Below, one piece after another: positions 24,744 through 37,914 of a DNA stretch of 64,000 nt. Position 1 is the first letter of the stretch; every line of letters starts with the position of its first letter. The stretch is from Anolis carolinensis. Lineage: Eukaryota. The stretch covers positions 30,046,782-30,110,781 of the forward strand of contig NC_085842.1 of the NCBI RefSeq assembly GCF_035594765.1, written 5' to 3'. The notes below the pieces were generated by a model. It did not search any database and was not told the DNA's origin. It saw nothing but the letters and a program-made list of their open reading frames with translations. Both the position numbers and the translations under genes were made by a program.

Positions 24744-24907
24744 AAACCCTACTGGATCAACACCCGGTGAGGGGCAATGGCCACTGTACAATGCCAAGGA
24801 GAAGAAGCTCTTTCACATCAGCACAGGAGCACCCCAACTCAAGCCAGTCTCACCTACTCCTCTCTGTGATTTCTTGACTAATCTGAATGTGAATGCAGCC
24901 AGCACAA
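24744..24907 (+). CDS. Cholinesterase-like gene 2, exon 3
   Basis: aaag|A NPTGSTPGEGQWPLYNAKEKKLFHISTGAPQLKPVSPTPLCDFLTNLNVNAAST A|gtgagt, 164 nt. Confidence 0.9.
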
Positions 24908-25078
24908 GTGAGTTCAGTCCCTCTGAGAAAGAAACTTGTACTTCAAATTTCTATTAGCATTAGGGGCCTTAAATAGAGATTCTCAATTAAAAAGAGCATT
25001 GTGAAGGGGCCGTGTGGTATCCTTGTTACAGAACCACTGAGTTCTGGAAAGAAAATATGTTTGCTTAATGTACTGTGT

Positions 25079-25412
25079 AAAGGTAAAGGTAAAGGTTTCC
25101 TCTGACATTAAGTCCAGTCATGACCGACTCTGGGGGTTGGTGCTCATCTCCATTTCTAAGCCGAAGAGCCGGCGTTGTCCGTAGACCCCTCCAAGGTCAT
25201 GTGGCTGGCGTGACTGCATGGAGCACCGTTACCTTCCCGCCGGAACGGTACCTATTGATTTATTCACATTTGCATGTTTTCGAACTGCTAGGTTGGCAGG
25301 AGCTGGGGCTAACAGCGGGCACTCATTCCGCTCCCGGGATTTGAACCTGGCACCTTTTGGTCCACAAGCTCAGCAACTCAGCGCTTTAATGCACTGTGCC
25401 ACCAGGGGCCCA
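25079..25412 (-). mobile_element. Sauria SINE
   Basis: (AAAGGT)n on + = (ACCTTT)n tail; tRNA-like head at right end. Confidence 0.85.
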
Positions 25413-26840
25413 ATGTACTGTGTATCAATAGAAAATGTTAGTGGGTTTTTTTTGAATACCACATACAAAAGTACCATACTCAGTAAGGCCAGTAGCCACC
25501 CTGGTGGGAGAATTCTGGGAGTTTTCCAGATGGGACTTATAATATACTCCCATTGCTTTGGATGTCTGCCTTTATTCTGCATGAAATTCCTGGGTTGGTA
25601 GTGGCATCATTACCAGACAGCCAAATTCATTTTTGGAAAAGTTCTTGAAGGCCACATTTTAGCAGTGGTGGAAGCCAGAGATAAAAAGGTAGGCTCAAAA
25701 ACAGCAGAATGTTTTCGTTTAGCATTCTTACTACCAATTATATACCTCTTAATAAGAGTTTGACACTAATTTCACTGCCATGGCTGAATGCTATGAAATC
25801 CTGGGAGTTGTGGAGTTATGAGCCACCAGTATTCTTTGGCAAAGAAAGCTATAGATGTCATGAAACTACAACTCCCAGAATTCTATAGCATTAAACTTTG
25901 GAAGTTAAATTGATATCAAACCGAATTAGTTCTACATTGTTGATGCACCAGAGAGAAGCATTTCTGGTATGTTCCAGATAATACAGTAACTCCACATTCA
26001 ACATAAACGGGCCAGCAGAACGTTGGATAAGCAAATATGTTGGATAATAAGGAGAAATTAAGGAAAAGCCTATTAAACATCTAATTAGATTATGATTTTA
26101 CAAATTAAGCACCAAAAACATCAAGTTTTACAACAATTTGACAGCCTCAGCAACCCATGCAAGAAAGGCTGCAGCTGTGACACCAACCCCATCACTGGAA
26201 AACCCATTTGCACATGCACATCTCATGCTAATGGGCCCAAACCTTAATAAGTACTCACTGGGCAAGCAATTCACGTGTGCTTGTTTATTTATTTATATGT
26301 TTACATCCTATGGATTTTCATATGACCTCAAAAATACATTGAGAAATGCACAATTAACACTGACCATTTATTAAACTATTCATGATAACATCTATTAGCC
26401 TTAGATCAGATGGTGACAAGTGTGATGATTTGTCATTTGCTTTTCCCCCAGATTTGGACATATAGTGGCTAACAACTTAAACAACGATATAGTTAAAATA
26501 TATCAAAAGTACAGATTAAAATAAATAAAAAGCTGTTAAAATACATTATTTTATTATTAATACTTCATCTTTTCAATTTTTCCTCTTAACCTGGACAAAG
26601 AAATAGTACCCACAGAATGCTTGGGTTTCAGGTAACTGCTTGTGGGCACTTAATGCACTGTGTATGCCTGCACAATCTGTGGCCCTCCAGGCGTTTTGGA
26701 CTTCAACTCCCAGAATTCCTGACCATTAAACAAGCTGGCTAGGGCTTATGGGAGTATGACTCCCAAGCACCTGGAAGGCCACAGGTTGTGCAGGTCTGAA
26801 CTAGAGTGACATCTGAGTTGGGAAAGTGCAGTCATTAGAT

Positions 26841-26975
26841 CAGGCATGGCCAAACTTTGGCTCTCCAGATGTTTTGGACTTCATCTCCCACCATTCCTAA
26901 CAGCTGGTAAGCAGGCTGGGATGTCTGGGAGTTGAAGTCCAAAACACCAGGAAGGCTGAAGTTTGCCCATGCCTG
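26841..26975. mobile_element. hAT MITE
   Basis: CAGGCATGGCCAAAC...GTTTGCCCATGCCTG with perfect 8-bp TSD CATTAGAT. Confidence 0.85.
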
Positions 26976-27858
26976 CATTAGATGTTGTCGAAATGCATCT
27001 TCCAGCAACCCCAACTACTGGCTAAGCTAGCTAAATCTGTTGGAAGTTGCAGTTTTGTCAAAAACATGGAGCCTACATTTTTCCTACCCCATTCTGAGCT
27101 ATTGATGTTTCCTCCACATCTCCCATGTTATCCATCCAAGCATAATCTTAAAAAAGGGACTTATGTGAAGCTTGGATATACTACTTTTGAGGGACTACAG
27201 ACTCTTATCTCTTTCCCAACCATAAGTGAACCATCCCACTGACACAAGTGCCCCAAGTTTTTCCTGCAGAAGATTAATGTTATATACAATAGAAGGAGGG
27301 AGCAAAGGTTTCAAATATATTAGGTAGGCACACATTAAAAGTACAAAATAACTACAGTATGAGTGCAGAACTAAAATGTGTAAATTATCCTCAGCCCAGG
27401 TTCTAGCCACATAGTGTGACAAGAAAAGAGACATTTATCTGCAAGAAGAAGTCAGTTCGAACTGACTAAACTAGAGAAAAATAAGGCAGCACAACATCTA
27501 AGAGAAACGTCACCTGGACCACTTGTCAATCGTTATTTAGGTTCTAGCATAATGTTTTTAATTTTTCTATGATTTGCTCATTGGTGTTTGCTGCAATCAA
27601 GATGGAATTAGGAGTAGTCAAAATCTTTTTTCACGAATGAAGTAAATATTTTTGGTTTATTGAAGACCCCTTCAGTATAAGCATCACAGCTTTGATTTTC
27701 TTTTTACATATTCCCCCTTACTCATTTATTTGCAGTATACGTTTTAAAAGATAAATATTTGATTTAGTTCATTTGCAGATTTTACTGTTCTCAGATTAAA
27801 TATTCATAAGTTTAAAGGAATGAAATGAAATGATATCTATTTTCCCTTGTCTCTACAG

Positions 27859-27866
27859 ACCAATAG
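27859..27866 (+). CDS. Probable terminal coding exon of gene 2 (adds NQ*)
   Basis: Strong acceptor ttttcccttgtctctacag|; phase 1 gives A+AC CAA TAG; ATTAAA at 27974; downstream 28107-28145 is homologous to 58337-58373, which lies 3' of gene 4's last exon. Confidence 0.5.
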
Positions 27867-28301
27867 TTACAATCAAGAAGCATCTGGAAGAAACTGGAAG
27901 AATGGACCTGTATAGAGATTATACTTTGTTTGGAAAACTCACAGTCTTCCATGTGTATTAATCATTCATTCAAATTAAAAAAATTCATGCTTATTTACTC
28001 TGTTGGTGTTATAAAAAATTGAAGTACTACGTATACCCATGTTTATACACACTGTCTCTGGCAAAACAGTGTTAGAGTATGACTGTAAATACTATCAATA
28101 CAATTTTAGGCCTGGATTTTACAGCTGAATCCTCTCATTATATCTAAATTCCTAGGTTCTCAATTTTTGCCATTCTATTCAGCAAAGGGGATGGTGTTGT
28201 TTTTTTTTTTTAATGAGTTAAGGTACAGTACTTACACTGATCCATTGATAAGTCAACCCAGATTTTGTGGGCTAATTTTCTGAGTAAAAATTTTCAACTT
28301 T

Positions 28302-29029
28302 CCAGGCTACTAACTGGAGCAAATTACAAGACGCGGTCTACCCCCCTGTTTAAGGAGCTCCATTGGCTGCCATTTATTTTCCAAGCCCAATTCAAGGTGC
28401 AGGTTATCACCTATAAAACCCTTAACGGTTCGGGACCCACCTACCTTCGCAACCGTATTTCCCCCTATGAACCTGCACGGTCTCTCCGTTCATCAGGGGA
28501 GGCCCTCCTCTCGATCCCACCACCCTCGCAATCGCGGTTGGTGGGGACGAGGGAGAGGGCCTTCTCCGTCGTGGGCTCTCCCCAGGGAGATTAGGCAGGC
28601 CCCTACCCTCCTTATTTTTCAGAAGAGCCTGAAAACTTGGCTCTTCCAACAGCCTTTTGGCAACTGATTTCCTTAGTTTGAGATTGCCCTGTTTGTCCAT
28701 TCTATTTTTATAGCATTTTTACTCCTTGCCGTATATAGTTTTTAGGTGTATGCCTCCCCCAGCACCTTAATGGGATAATAGTCCCTGGTACCTCCTCTTT
28801 CCTAATCTGTATTGTTATAAAACTATTTGCACCTTTCTGGCCCGCTACCCTTTTTAGGAGCCAACCCAAGTTTTTATCAAAGTGTGCTTATTGTTTATTG
28901 GTATATGGGATTTTATTTGTTTATGATTTGTTTTTATTGCTGAGTTTTATATTGCTTGTTGCCTGGGCTTGGCCCCATGTAAGCCGCCGCGAGTCCCCTC
29001 GGGGAGATGGGGCGGGGTATAAAAATAAA

Positions 29030-29079
<50 letters not shown>
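28302..29079 (+). mobile_element. L2 LINE 3' fragment
   Basis: LFKELHWLPFIFQAQFKVQV...GTRERAFSVV nearly matches the end of the 11372-14035 ORF; (TTA)n tail. Confidence 0.88.
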
Positions 29080-29416
29080 CTTATACATGAGTATAGGTTC
29101 AGGTCCATGAAGAGCTCTTCATAAGTTCAGACTAAAACCCAACATAGTGAATGTCAAATACAAAGCTTTTGTGCTCAAAAACAGTTCTAAACTATATTAC
29201 ATTACAACAGTAGATTAATGGGTACCTAAATCAAAACTTAGTGATTATTAATATTTTACAGCACAGAAGCTGTACCCTCCACATTGCTTCAAATCATTCT
29301 TTTCTCCATAACAGCTTCCCACAGATTTAAACTTGTAATGTGTAATAATGTTTGAAAATTGCAGAAATAGCAATATCGAAAACACTTACAGTATAATTAC
29401 AGTGAAATTTAGTGGA

Positions 29417-30157
29417 TGTTATTGAAACCCTGGGACCCAAAATGGACTCCAATACCCTCAACCCCAAGATGTAGAGACCATGAGTGACCTTTCCCCAGAT
29501 ACCCAGTTCAGCTAACCTCAGCAGGTAGCCCTCAGCTTGAATTTACCAAGTTGCATGAGCACAAACATATATACCAGAACAAATCTCATATCATCCCCAC
29601 GATAGTTCCGTGTATCTAACAGTAGACTCAGACCAGAAGTTGCCCAATAACCTGCCAGACCCTTTTCCTGAGAACCCGTTCAAAACATGCCAACTCCATT
29701 TGCCACCCATTGTTTAGCCAGTTAAGATCCATTGTCCTACTCTGGGCAAACAGGAATCAAGCCATTAGCACCCATTAACTCAAAGCCTACCCACATTCCT
29801 TTCCCCTAATCACCCACAAGAGGCAGACTAAGAAACAGTCACAAAATTTCCAAGTGAACAATGATAGTTTATTAAATTTCCCATCAAACCCGGCAACCAA
29901 TCGGTGACTGTTGGCTGGCTGAGATGCAGCAGACAGAGTGTCTCAACCAATCAGCATGCGAAACCTAGTTGTCCCTGACCTGAGCCATTCAGAATTCGGA
30001 ATTTTGAAAATCCTTTGTTTTGAATGGCTCCCAAACTCCTATAAATGCTTCTGAATGTTTTCATTGTGGCATGCCAGTTTTTGGCTAAAGTGAATAAAGC
30101 CTCTGTTATTTTGCGTTTAACCTGTACTGTGTCTCATTCAATCCTTGGATCTAGACA
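29417..30157 (+). mobile_element. Probable solo LTR
   Basis: TG...CA ends; CCAAT at 29897 and 29947, TATAAA at 30040, AATAAA at 30093 in U3-R-U5 order; no clean TSD found. Confidence 0.55.
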
Positions 30158-31139
30158 TGCTGGATTCTGAAACTGCAGCTTTGGTGGAGCTGAAATCATG
30201 TATAATCACTAAGTTACAAACTCAGGATTCTGCAGTAGGCAGCGCCAGGCAATCGACAGGTGGGCCTCCCGTGTCCGCGCGGTCAATTGGAAGGCCTGCG
30301 CACATACCCATTGCCCAAAAAAGCATGGTTGATGGGCCTGTGCACATGCGCAGGCCTTCCAATCATCCCTTTGGATGGGTGGCTGGGCCTTTCGTGTCCG
30401 CATACACTGGCGTGTGTGCTCTCTAGGGGGTTGCCGCCGCCACCGCATGTATTTTTCAGCAATATGCTTGGGGGGGGCAAAAATTCGGGGGGGGGGGGGT
30501 ACCAAAATTCTGGTCGCCTACTCCCGAAAATTACCTCGGGACAGCTCTGATCAGGGTGCCACACCACTCCACTGCTCCCTTCAGCAGCTGACGTCAATTT
30601 AGGATCATGCCATCCAGCTGAAGGGATGTTCTAAAGCTCTTCCAAAGAGGTTGTGGCTGGCACTTGGGCAATCTCCTCCTGCAGCTCCAAATTTAGACCC
30701 GTAGCAAATTGACTTCACAAAGCAGAATCATTCCAATCCAATTGCTGAGCCAACACCCTGACATCAGCAATAAAGCAGACATGTGCTGGAGCAGTCCACA
30801 CTGGGGGGGGGGGGGGGAGGGGATCATGTGTTTTTCTGTAGTGATTTAAATATGCGCATTTTCCAGATGGAATCAGAATAAAAGGGGACCTTATTGTCCC
30901 GTGTTTTTCGTCCGTTACAGTGAATCAGTGCAGATTTGCAGGTAGCATCATGTAACCACTCCCACCCACTTTTTAACCCGGTAAATGCTGTGTTTTAGGT
31001 GTTGTGTAGACAGGCCTTGAGTCTTTTTTTTATGCTATTCAGGGATACTCTGGCTAAAAGGTAGGAAAAGTTCAGTAACCATTGCCCTCTTTTCCTTGTA
31101 CTACCTCTCACACAATGTCCCCTTAGTCTGCAATGTCCT

Positions 31140-31329
31140 CTTACCCAAGCTTCCACAGAGCAGGCTAAGACCAAATGGTCATTGTCCTTTGTAAACATAG
31201 TAAGCCGCCTTCTCCCTGGGTGTTATTTGCAAGACTTAAAAAGCACAGCTGAACTTTTCTATTAGGACTGAGCTACAGGGGACAGAAAGGACTAGCAAGA
31301 TCATCAATCAAGCCCTCCGGGAGGTGAGT
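31140..31329 (+). promoter_or_regulatory. Putative promoter/non-coding exon 1 (type B) of cholinesterase-like gene 3
   Basis: Conserved with 63800-64000; TGGTCAtTGTCCT (31176-31188), GTAAACA (31191), TTAAAAA (31236), donor GAG|gtgagt (exon end 31323). Confidence 0.6.
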
Positions 31330-31606
31330 CCATCAGGTGTAGAAGGCCTATTACTACTTAAAGCAAGCCTGGGGCTTATTATGGTCTGCTCGATGTGTAA
31401 TTGCAGCAATCCTAGTCAGTATAGCCAAGGGTGAAGAATGATGTGAGCTGCAACTCAACACACTCTGGAAGAAACACTATTCTCATCCTGGAATTATATG
31501 AACTTCACAGTGCTGGTGCTAAAGGAATTGCACTGGCTGTTCAAAACCGGATATTTAAAGGAGCACCAATCTCTATGGGCTCATCTACACAGTGTAGATG
31601 GGACCG

Positions 31607-31622
31607 AGATAGATAGATATAG

Positions 31623-31687
<65 letters not shown>
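31607..31687. repeat. (GATA)n microsatellite
   Basis: Direct reading. Confidence 0.95.
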
Positions 31688-34271
31688 CACACACATATTC
31701 AAGTACTAGCATCTGCTGTAAGAACTCTTATCTACACCCTAACCGTGGGAGGAATATGTTATGCAGAAATATGGGAGAGAAGATCTTCCAGACCTCAGGG
31801 CATGGCTACTCTTACGTAGTCCTCAGAACAAGTGGAAGGAGGCTCAGTCCAAGGGACGTGTCTTGAAAAGAGTGGGTATCTGTATGTGTGTGTTTGCATG
31901 GATATGTGCATGTGTCTGGGGGGCACATACTTGTGTATTGCTTGTCTTACTTGCCAACTGTTTATGAATGGTTACTCTAGCTCTAGGATTTCCAGAATGT
32001 AGTTTAAATGGCATCAATTTCAGTAGGTATTGCTACTTACCAAACCAAACAAGCAACATTTGTAGGAATTCCTTCTACAACAGGAAACCCCTCCAATTTT
32101 AAATTATTTCATGGATTTTAGACATTGTTTTATTGTGTATAATGCTTTACATTGTTTTGGACAGTTTACATTGTTTTTAGAATATCTGAAATTATTTCCA
32201 ATTGTTGTTTAGCTTAGAAATCTTTGGCAGGGTGGCAATATTTAAAAATAAAAGGTCATGAGATGGAGGTGTGCGCGCACCCCAAAACATTTGGAATGTA
32301 TGTACCCTTGACCTACACACACCTTTGTGGATAGACTGTTATGGAGAGTTTGAAATGATAAAGGGATATCTCTGAACATAGGGGTGCCCAGTGAAATAAA
32401 GGACAGATCTCCTGTCTCTTCAGTAATGAGTAGAAGGAGAAATTCCAGCAGTTGGAAGAAGATACATGAGCCATGCAGTTAGTGTTATCATGATCAACAC
32501 TATTGCTCTATGCATCCTTGAATGGATGAAATTTTCTTTGCTGTCTATTGCTGACTGTTGCTGGACAATGTATCCTTGGAGGTTAAAATGTAAGACGTTG
32601 AGGCCTGGATTAGAAAAAACCAATAGCAGTTGGATACATTTTCTTAAAAGTAATTGCAAACAAAGAGTTCCTGAATGGAATGTTGTGGACTTTAATCTCC
32701 GATTCGAACCGGCAACCTTCAGGTCAGCAACCCAACCTTCAAGTCAGCAGTCCTGCCAGCACAAGGGTTTAACCCATTATGCCAATGGAGGCTCCTATAC
32801 ACATGCACTGCCATGACTCAAGCCTATGGAGTCCTGGGATTCTTATTGGTGTTAGATACCCTTTCCATATGAACTGACAGTAATTTTAACTCGTATTGAT
32901 AATTTTTTCAAATGTCTTTGTCTCCATAATGGTGACCATTCCATTTCATTTATTTCCATCCCTAAATCTACTTCCCAGATCTCCTTGAGGGTGTTATTTT
33001 TTATTTTTCCTTCATTTATTTTAATTATTATTTTATAAACAGTACTAGTTACTCAATTCAAATGTTATGTTCTTTATTTATAACCCACCCTCTCACCCTG
33101 AAGGGACTCAGGGCAGAACAAAAACAGGAACAAAGAACTAAAGCCCACTACCCCCACATCTGGGCACCACCTCAAATCAGCCCCCATATGTGCAGTTTAG
33201 GTTTAAAATCCATTCTCACAACTGATATAATAAGTATGATAAATATGAGATCATGACTTGGCATTTTATATGGTTTTTAATCTGTTTTATTGTTTATCTG
33301 TTTAGACTGTTTTATACTGTGATGGATGTGTTTCTGTGTTTAATTTTTGCCAAATTTTGTAAGCCACCTTGAGTCCCCTCCGGGGTGAGAAAAGCAGGGT
33401 AGAAATAAAATAAATAATAAAAATAAAAATAAATAAATATAGGATAAGCTAGGAATAGTTCAATGAATGAATAAGCACAATAGATCATCCACTTTTAGGG
33501 GTTCAGAAGATCTCTGCAAATAATAAATAATAAAGACAGTGGTTTTCTTTTGTAACTATAAATTACCAATTAACAGTCATTTTCAGTTATTTTTAAGTCT
33601 TGAAACTTTGTAACTAAAATATAGAATGAAATCATACAATTTAAATTATTTTGTGCTATGGAACTACTCTTCATGATTTGCTAAAAAAAGTTTCAACCCC
33701 CCCCCCCCCCCATTTTTTTTGGCTATGACCCTGCAGGCACTTATGGCATTATTACTGCAAAAATCCCACTCCACAAATGAGGCTGGATGGCCTACTCTTT
33801 TATTCCTCTCCCCCCCCCCCCTAAAAATCCACTACTTGTTCCCTAAACTACCTCTCAACTCTGGCAAGTAGCACCCAAACTTCCTCTCAACTGTGACTCG
33901 CCAGTGAGCCCTCTGCTCCCAAACGCAGGAAGTCAGACCTGCAAGATCCTACTTACCTGTCTTCACTTTACAATTATTCTTATTGTTTATAAGTCCCAGT
34001 GATATGAAAATGATTTAGGTTAATCACACGTGCTTAAATTGAAAAAGTCTTTAAAATCAGTGGATAGATTGATTGTTCTGAAACTTGGCAGATGTGTTGC
34101 CTTGCTCGTGTTGTTTCACTGTGCCACAATTTAAGGCAGTTGTTCTCAACCTGTGAGTCCCACCCAGACGTTTTGGCCTTCAACTCCCAGAAATCCTAAC
34201 AGCTGGTAAACTGGCTGGGGCTTCTGGGAGTTGTAGACCAAAACAGCTTGAGAATCACTGATTTAAGGGGA

Positions 34272-34521
34272 TGGAGCCCCCGGTGGTGCAATGAGTTGAA
34301 CCGTTGTGCTGGCAGGACTGCTGATCAACAGGTCAGTGGTTGGAATCCGGTGAGAGCGGGCAAGTTCCTCTGTCAGCTCTAGCTCTCCATGCGGGGACAT
34401 GAAAGAAGCCTCCCACAGGATGGTAAAACATCAAACATCTGGGCATCCACTGAGCAACATCCTTGCAGACGGCCAATTCTCTCACACCAAAAGCACAAGT
34501 CTCTCCTGACACGAAAAAAAA
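34272..34521 (+). mobile_element. tRNA-derived SINE
   Basis: GGAGCCCCCGGTGG head, GTTGGAATCC B-box-like, poly-A end; homologous to 3625-3898. Confidence 0.75.
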
Positions 34522-35528
34522 TTAAGGGGATACCTCTTGTAGGGTTTTTAAAAAATATTTGTAAAAAAATCAGTGGATAACTGAAACATTCTGAAATTTG
34601 TCAAACTGAAAGAAGTAAACGTTGTCTACAAGTGTACCAAGTTTCAGCCTGATAGCCATAAAAATGACAAGAGAAACAAACCTTGACAAAAATGACAAGA
34701 GAAACAAATTTTCCTCATTGCCACTAATGGAACAAATCTTAACAAAACAATTGTGAAGCTTCAGAAATTCAGATTACGAAATGAAACAGGACTCCTCCGA
34801 ATCTTTACAAAATGTAGCAGGGACTATCCAAATCTATGACAAGAGTTACTAATGAGATTTCAGAACATTGCAGACCTCTAGTATATATGTATCAAATATA
34901 TAACAAAGTATAAATGAAATACAGTATATATGCACTGTCACAACCATTTCAAGTATCCAATGTGGGTGCAGATGTATTGCAATATCAGGAGCTGTAGTTT
35001 TACAAAGCCTTGAGCCTTCTCTGTGAATAACAAAAAGACAAATCCCAGGATTCTGTAGCTTTGGCGCATGGCAGTTAAAATGGGTTCAAACTGCATTATT
35101 CTACAATTTAGATGTGTCCTTAATTTAATATTATTTCACAATCTTGTATAATTTGACTACATCAGTGGTTCCCAAACTTTTGTTCTCCAGTTGTTTTGGA
35201 CTTCAACTTCCAGAAATCCCAGACAGCTTACCAGCTATTAACTACTGTGAAGTCCAAAACACCTTAAGGACCAAATGTTGGGAACCACTGGACAACATGT
35301 ATTGGTGAGTTACTTTTATTTACTATTTTGTGTATATTTGTGTGTGTGTGTATCAGCACCTGTATTTTATATTGCATGCATACCTTTGGCAGGGCTTATT
35401 TTTTTTAAAGGCATCAATATACTGGAATTGGCAATTTGAACATGGCCATCCACTGAGTGAGAATGGAAGAGGGCTTCCTTTATATTTATTGTTATCTCAC
35501 TTCCACCTTTCTCCTTCCAGACACTGCA

Positions 35529-37003
35529 ATGCTTGGTCTTGCCTCTTCCATATTATGCTCCTTCTTCATCCTGTTTTCACTGACCTCCAATGCTGCCTCC
35601 AAAGATGACCTTGTAGTGAACACCAGCAGTGGTCCTATCAATGGCAAAGCTCTCACCATTGGCTCTGGCTCTGTGAGAGCTTATCTTGGCATCCCCTATG
35701 CTGAGCCCCCCTTGGGGAAACTGCGATTCCAGAAGCCTCTTCCACATAAGCCATGGAGTCAAATCTTTGAGGCCACTAACTTTGGCAATGCCTGTCTTCA
35801 GTCAGTTCTTTCTCAAACACCTGAGGCAAAATTGTGGAATCCCAATAGGCCCCTGTCAGAAGATTGTCTCTTTCTCAACATCTGGGTGCCCCATCCACAG
35901 CCCTCTGTACCAATTCCCATTCTTGTCTGGATACACGGAGGGGGCTTTGTTGCAGGTACAAGTTCCCTGGATTTGTACAATGGGGCTTCCTTAGCTGCGA
36001 CTGAGAATGTCATTGTGGCCTCCATGAATTACCGCCTGGGGGCTCTGGGCTTTCTTTCGTTGCCACCAGCTGTCCCAGGAAACATGGGTCTGTGGGACCA
36101 ACACCTGGCCCTGACCTGGATCAAGCAGAATGCAGCTGCCTTCGGTGGAGATCCAAAGCGGGTGACGATTTTTGGCCACAGTGCTGGAGCAGCCTCTGTT
36201 GGCTTCCATCTCCTTTCACCTAAAAGTGAGCCCCTTTTTGCCCAAGCTGTGCTTCAGAGTGGAGCTATCTACGCTTCGGCAAGTCCCGGGAAGGCCAAGA
36301 ATAACTCCCTTGAATTTAGCCAGCTGTTAGGATGTGGAGAAGGCAATGAAAATGAAATTGTGAGCTGTCTTCAGGACAAAAATGCAGTGGAATTTCCTCA
36401 GCATGAAGCATCTCTGAGTAAGAAAAAACCTCTGTATCCTGTATTTGAACCAACAGCCGATGGGGAATTTTTGACTGATGATCCTCAGAGTCTTTTAGAC
36501 TCTCAGCATGTTCAGATCAAACCAGTTCTCACTGGTGTCACCTCAGATGAAGCAGCTCCTATCGTGGATTTAATTATTCTTGGAAGCAATTATAGCCAAA
36601 TCACTATGGAAATTTTTTTAACTGTATTAAGGTATCTAGTGCGAAACACAACTGAAGAAGATATTCAAGCTGTGGCCCTGAAATACAGTGAAGAGAGTCA
36701 TGGCCCAGCAAAGTACCGTTCAGGCTTGGTGCAGTCTTTGGGTGATTATTTCTTTGTATGTCCTGTAGCCAAATTTGCTGGCCAGATTAGAAATGTTGGG
36801 AGTCCTGTGTATGTTTACCTTTTTACACATCACACCTCTGGCACTGTCTGGCCTGAGTGGGTAGGGGTGCCTCATGGAGCGGAACTCATTTATCTATTTG
36901 GAAACTTTGAGGCAGCATTTCAGGCCAACAAAACACATACAGAAGCGGAAGAAGCACTCAGCCGTAGGATAATGCAATATTGGGCAGAGTTTGCCAGAAC
37001 TGG
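35529..37003 (+). CDS. Cholinesterase-like gene 3, main coding exon (triad intact)
   Basis: Acceptor ttccag|35521, ATG 35529; HGGGF, GHSAG, SDEA, PHGAE; 3-codon deletion in QSGA---IYAS; ends FARTG GG|gtaagg. Confidence 0.95.
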
Positions 37004-37132
37004 GTAAGGCATTTCCCCTGCTTTATTCAGTAAAACAATTCATTCTGAGATGGCAACACTTTTTTTTTACGCCCCTCTGAGTACCCTTGGGAAGTTAGGG
37101 CAGAATACAAATAAATAAATAAATAAATAAAT

Positions 37133-37186
<54 letters not shown>

Positions 37187-37914
37187 TTTTCTGATGGTTC
37201 AGTGTAAATCAGCTTTGTTTCATGTTGAATATTATTTAAAATATTTTATATAATTACCTTCAAGCTCTGTGTCCATATGCAGGATACTCTTGTTTGCATT
37301 TAATTTAATGACTTTATGTGGATTCCATTTATTACAGGTTGTCACCCACATTTAATTATTTAATTTCAATTCCTGTTCCTCACTATTGGTTTGAATTTCT
37401 AGGAAGTGTAACATCCAAAAACATCGGAAGGGCTTTCAGTATCTTATATCATATTATACAATGCGTTTGAATGAGATTTTGATTCCAGAGAGTCACAGGT
37501 TGAAGAAATTTGGGCAGCCAAAACACTCAGCTTTGTGCAAAAGGAAGCAGAAAACAATGTCAGACTTTGTGTGATAGGTTGCTTAACCCAGTGTGTGATC
37601 AGAACCAAGTAAAGTAGATTATAGGCAGTCCCCTAGTTAAAACATCTGATTTACAAATGACTCATCATTAAGAATGTAGGTGAGACAACAGGAAGTGAGA
37701 GAAATCTACCTCCAGGAAGAAAAATTCACTCCTGAAAGAGTTATCATGGGGAAAAGGTGTCTCCACTGACACTTTTTCACAATATTCATCTTTCCACAAT
37801 AAGTCAAATTTTTCAAAATCTAGAAAGTGGAAATTTTCTGAATAGGGGCACAGACAGCAAAACAAGCAGCACAGGAGTGTTAACTTTCCTTATGCTATCC
37901 AAAGCTTATATATG

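Noticed and set aside
35457-35528. N-terminal extension MRMEEGFLYIY... of gene 3 in the ORF track
   Set aside because: Lies in the intron upstream of the conserved acceptor at 35520; paralogs start at the MLGLA ATG.
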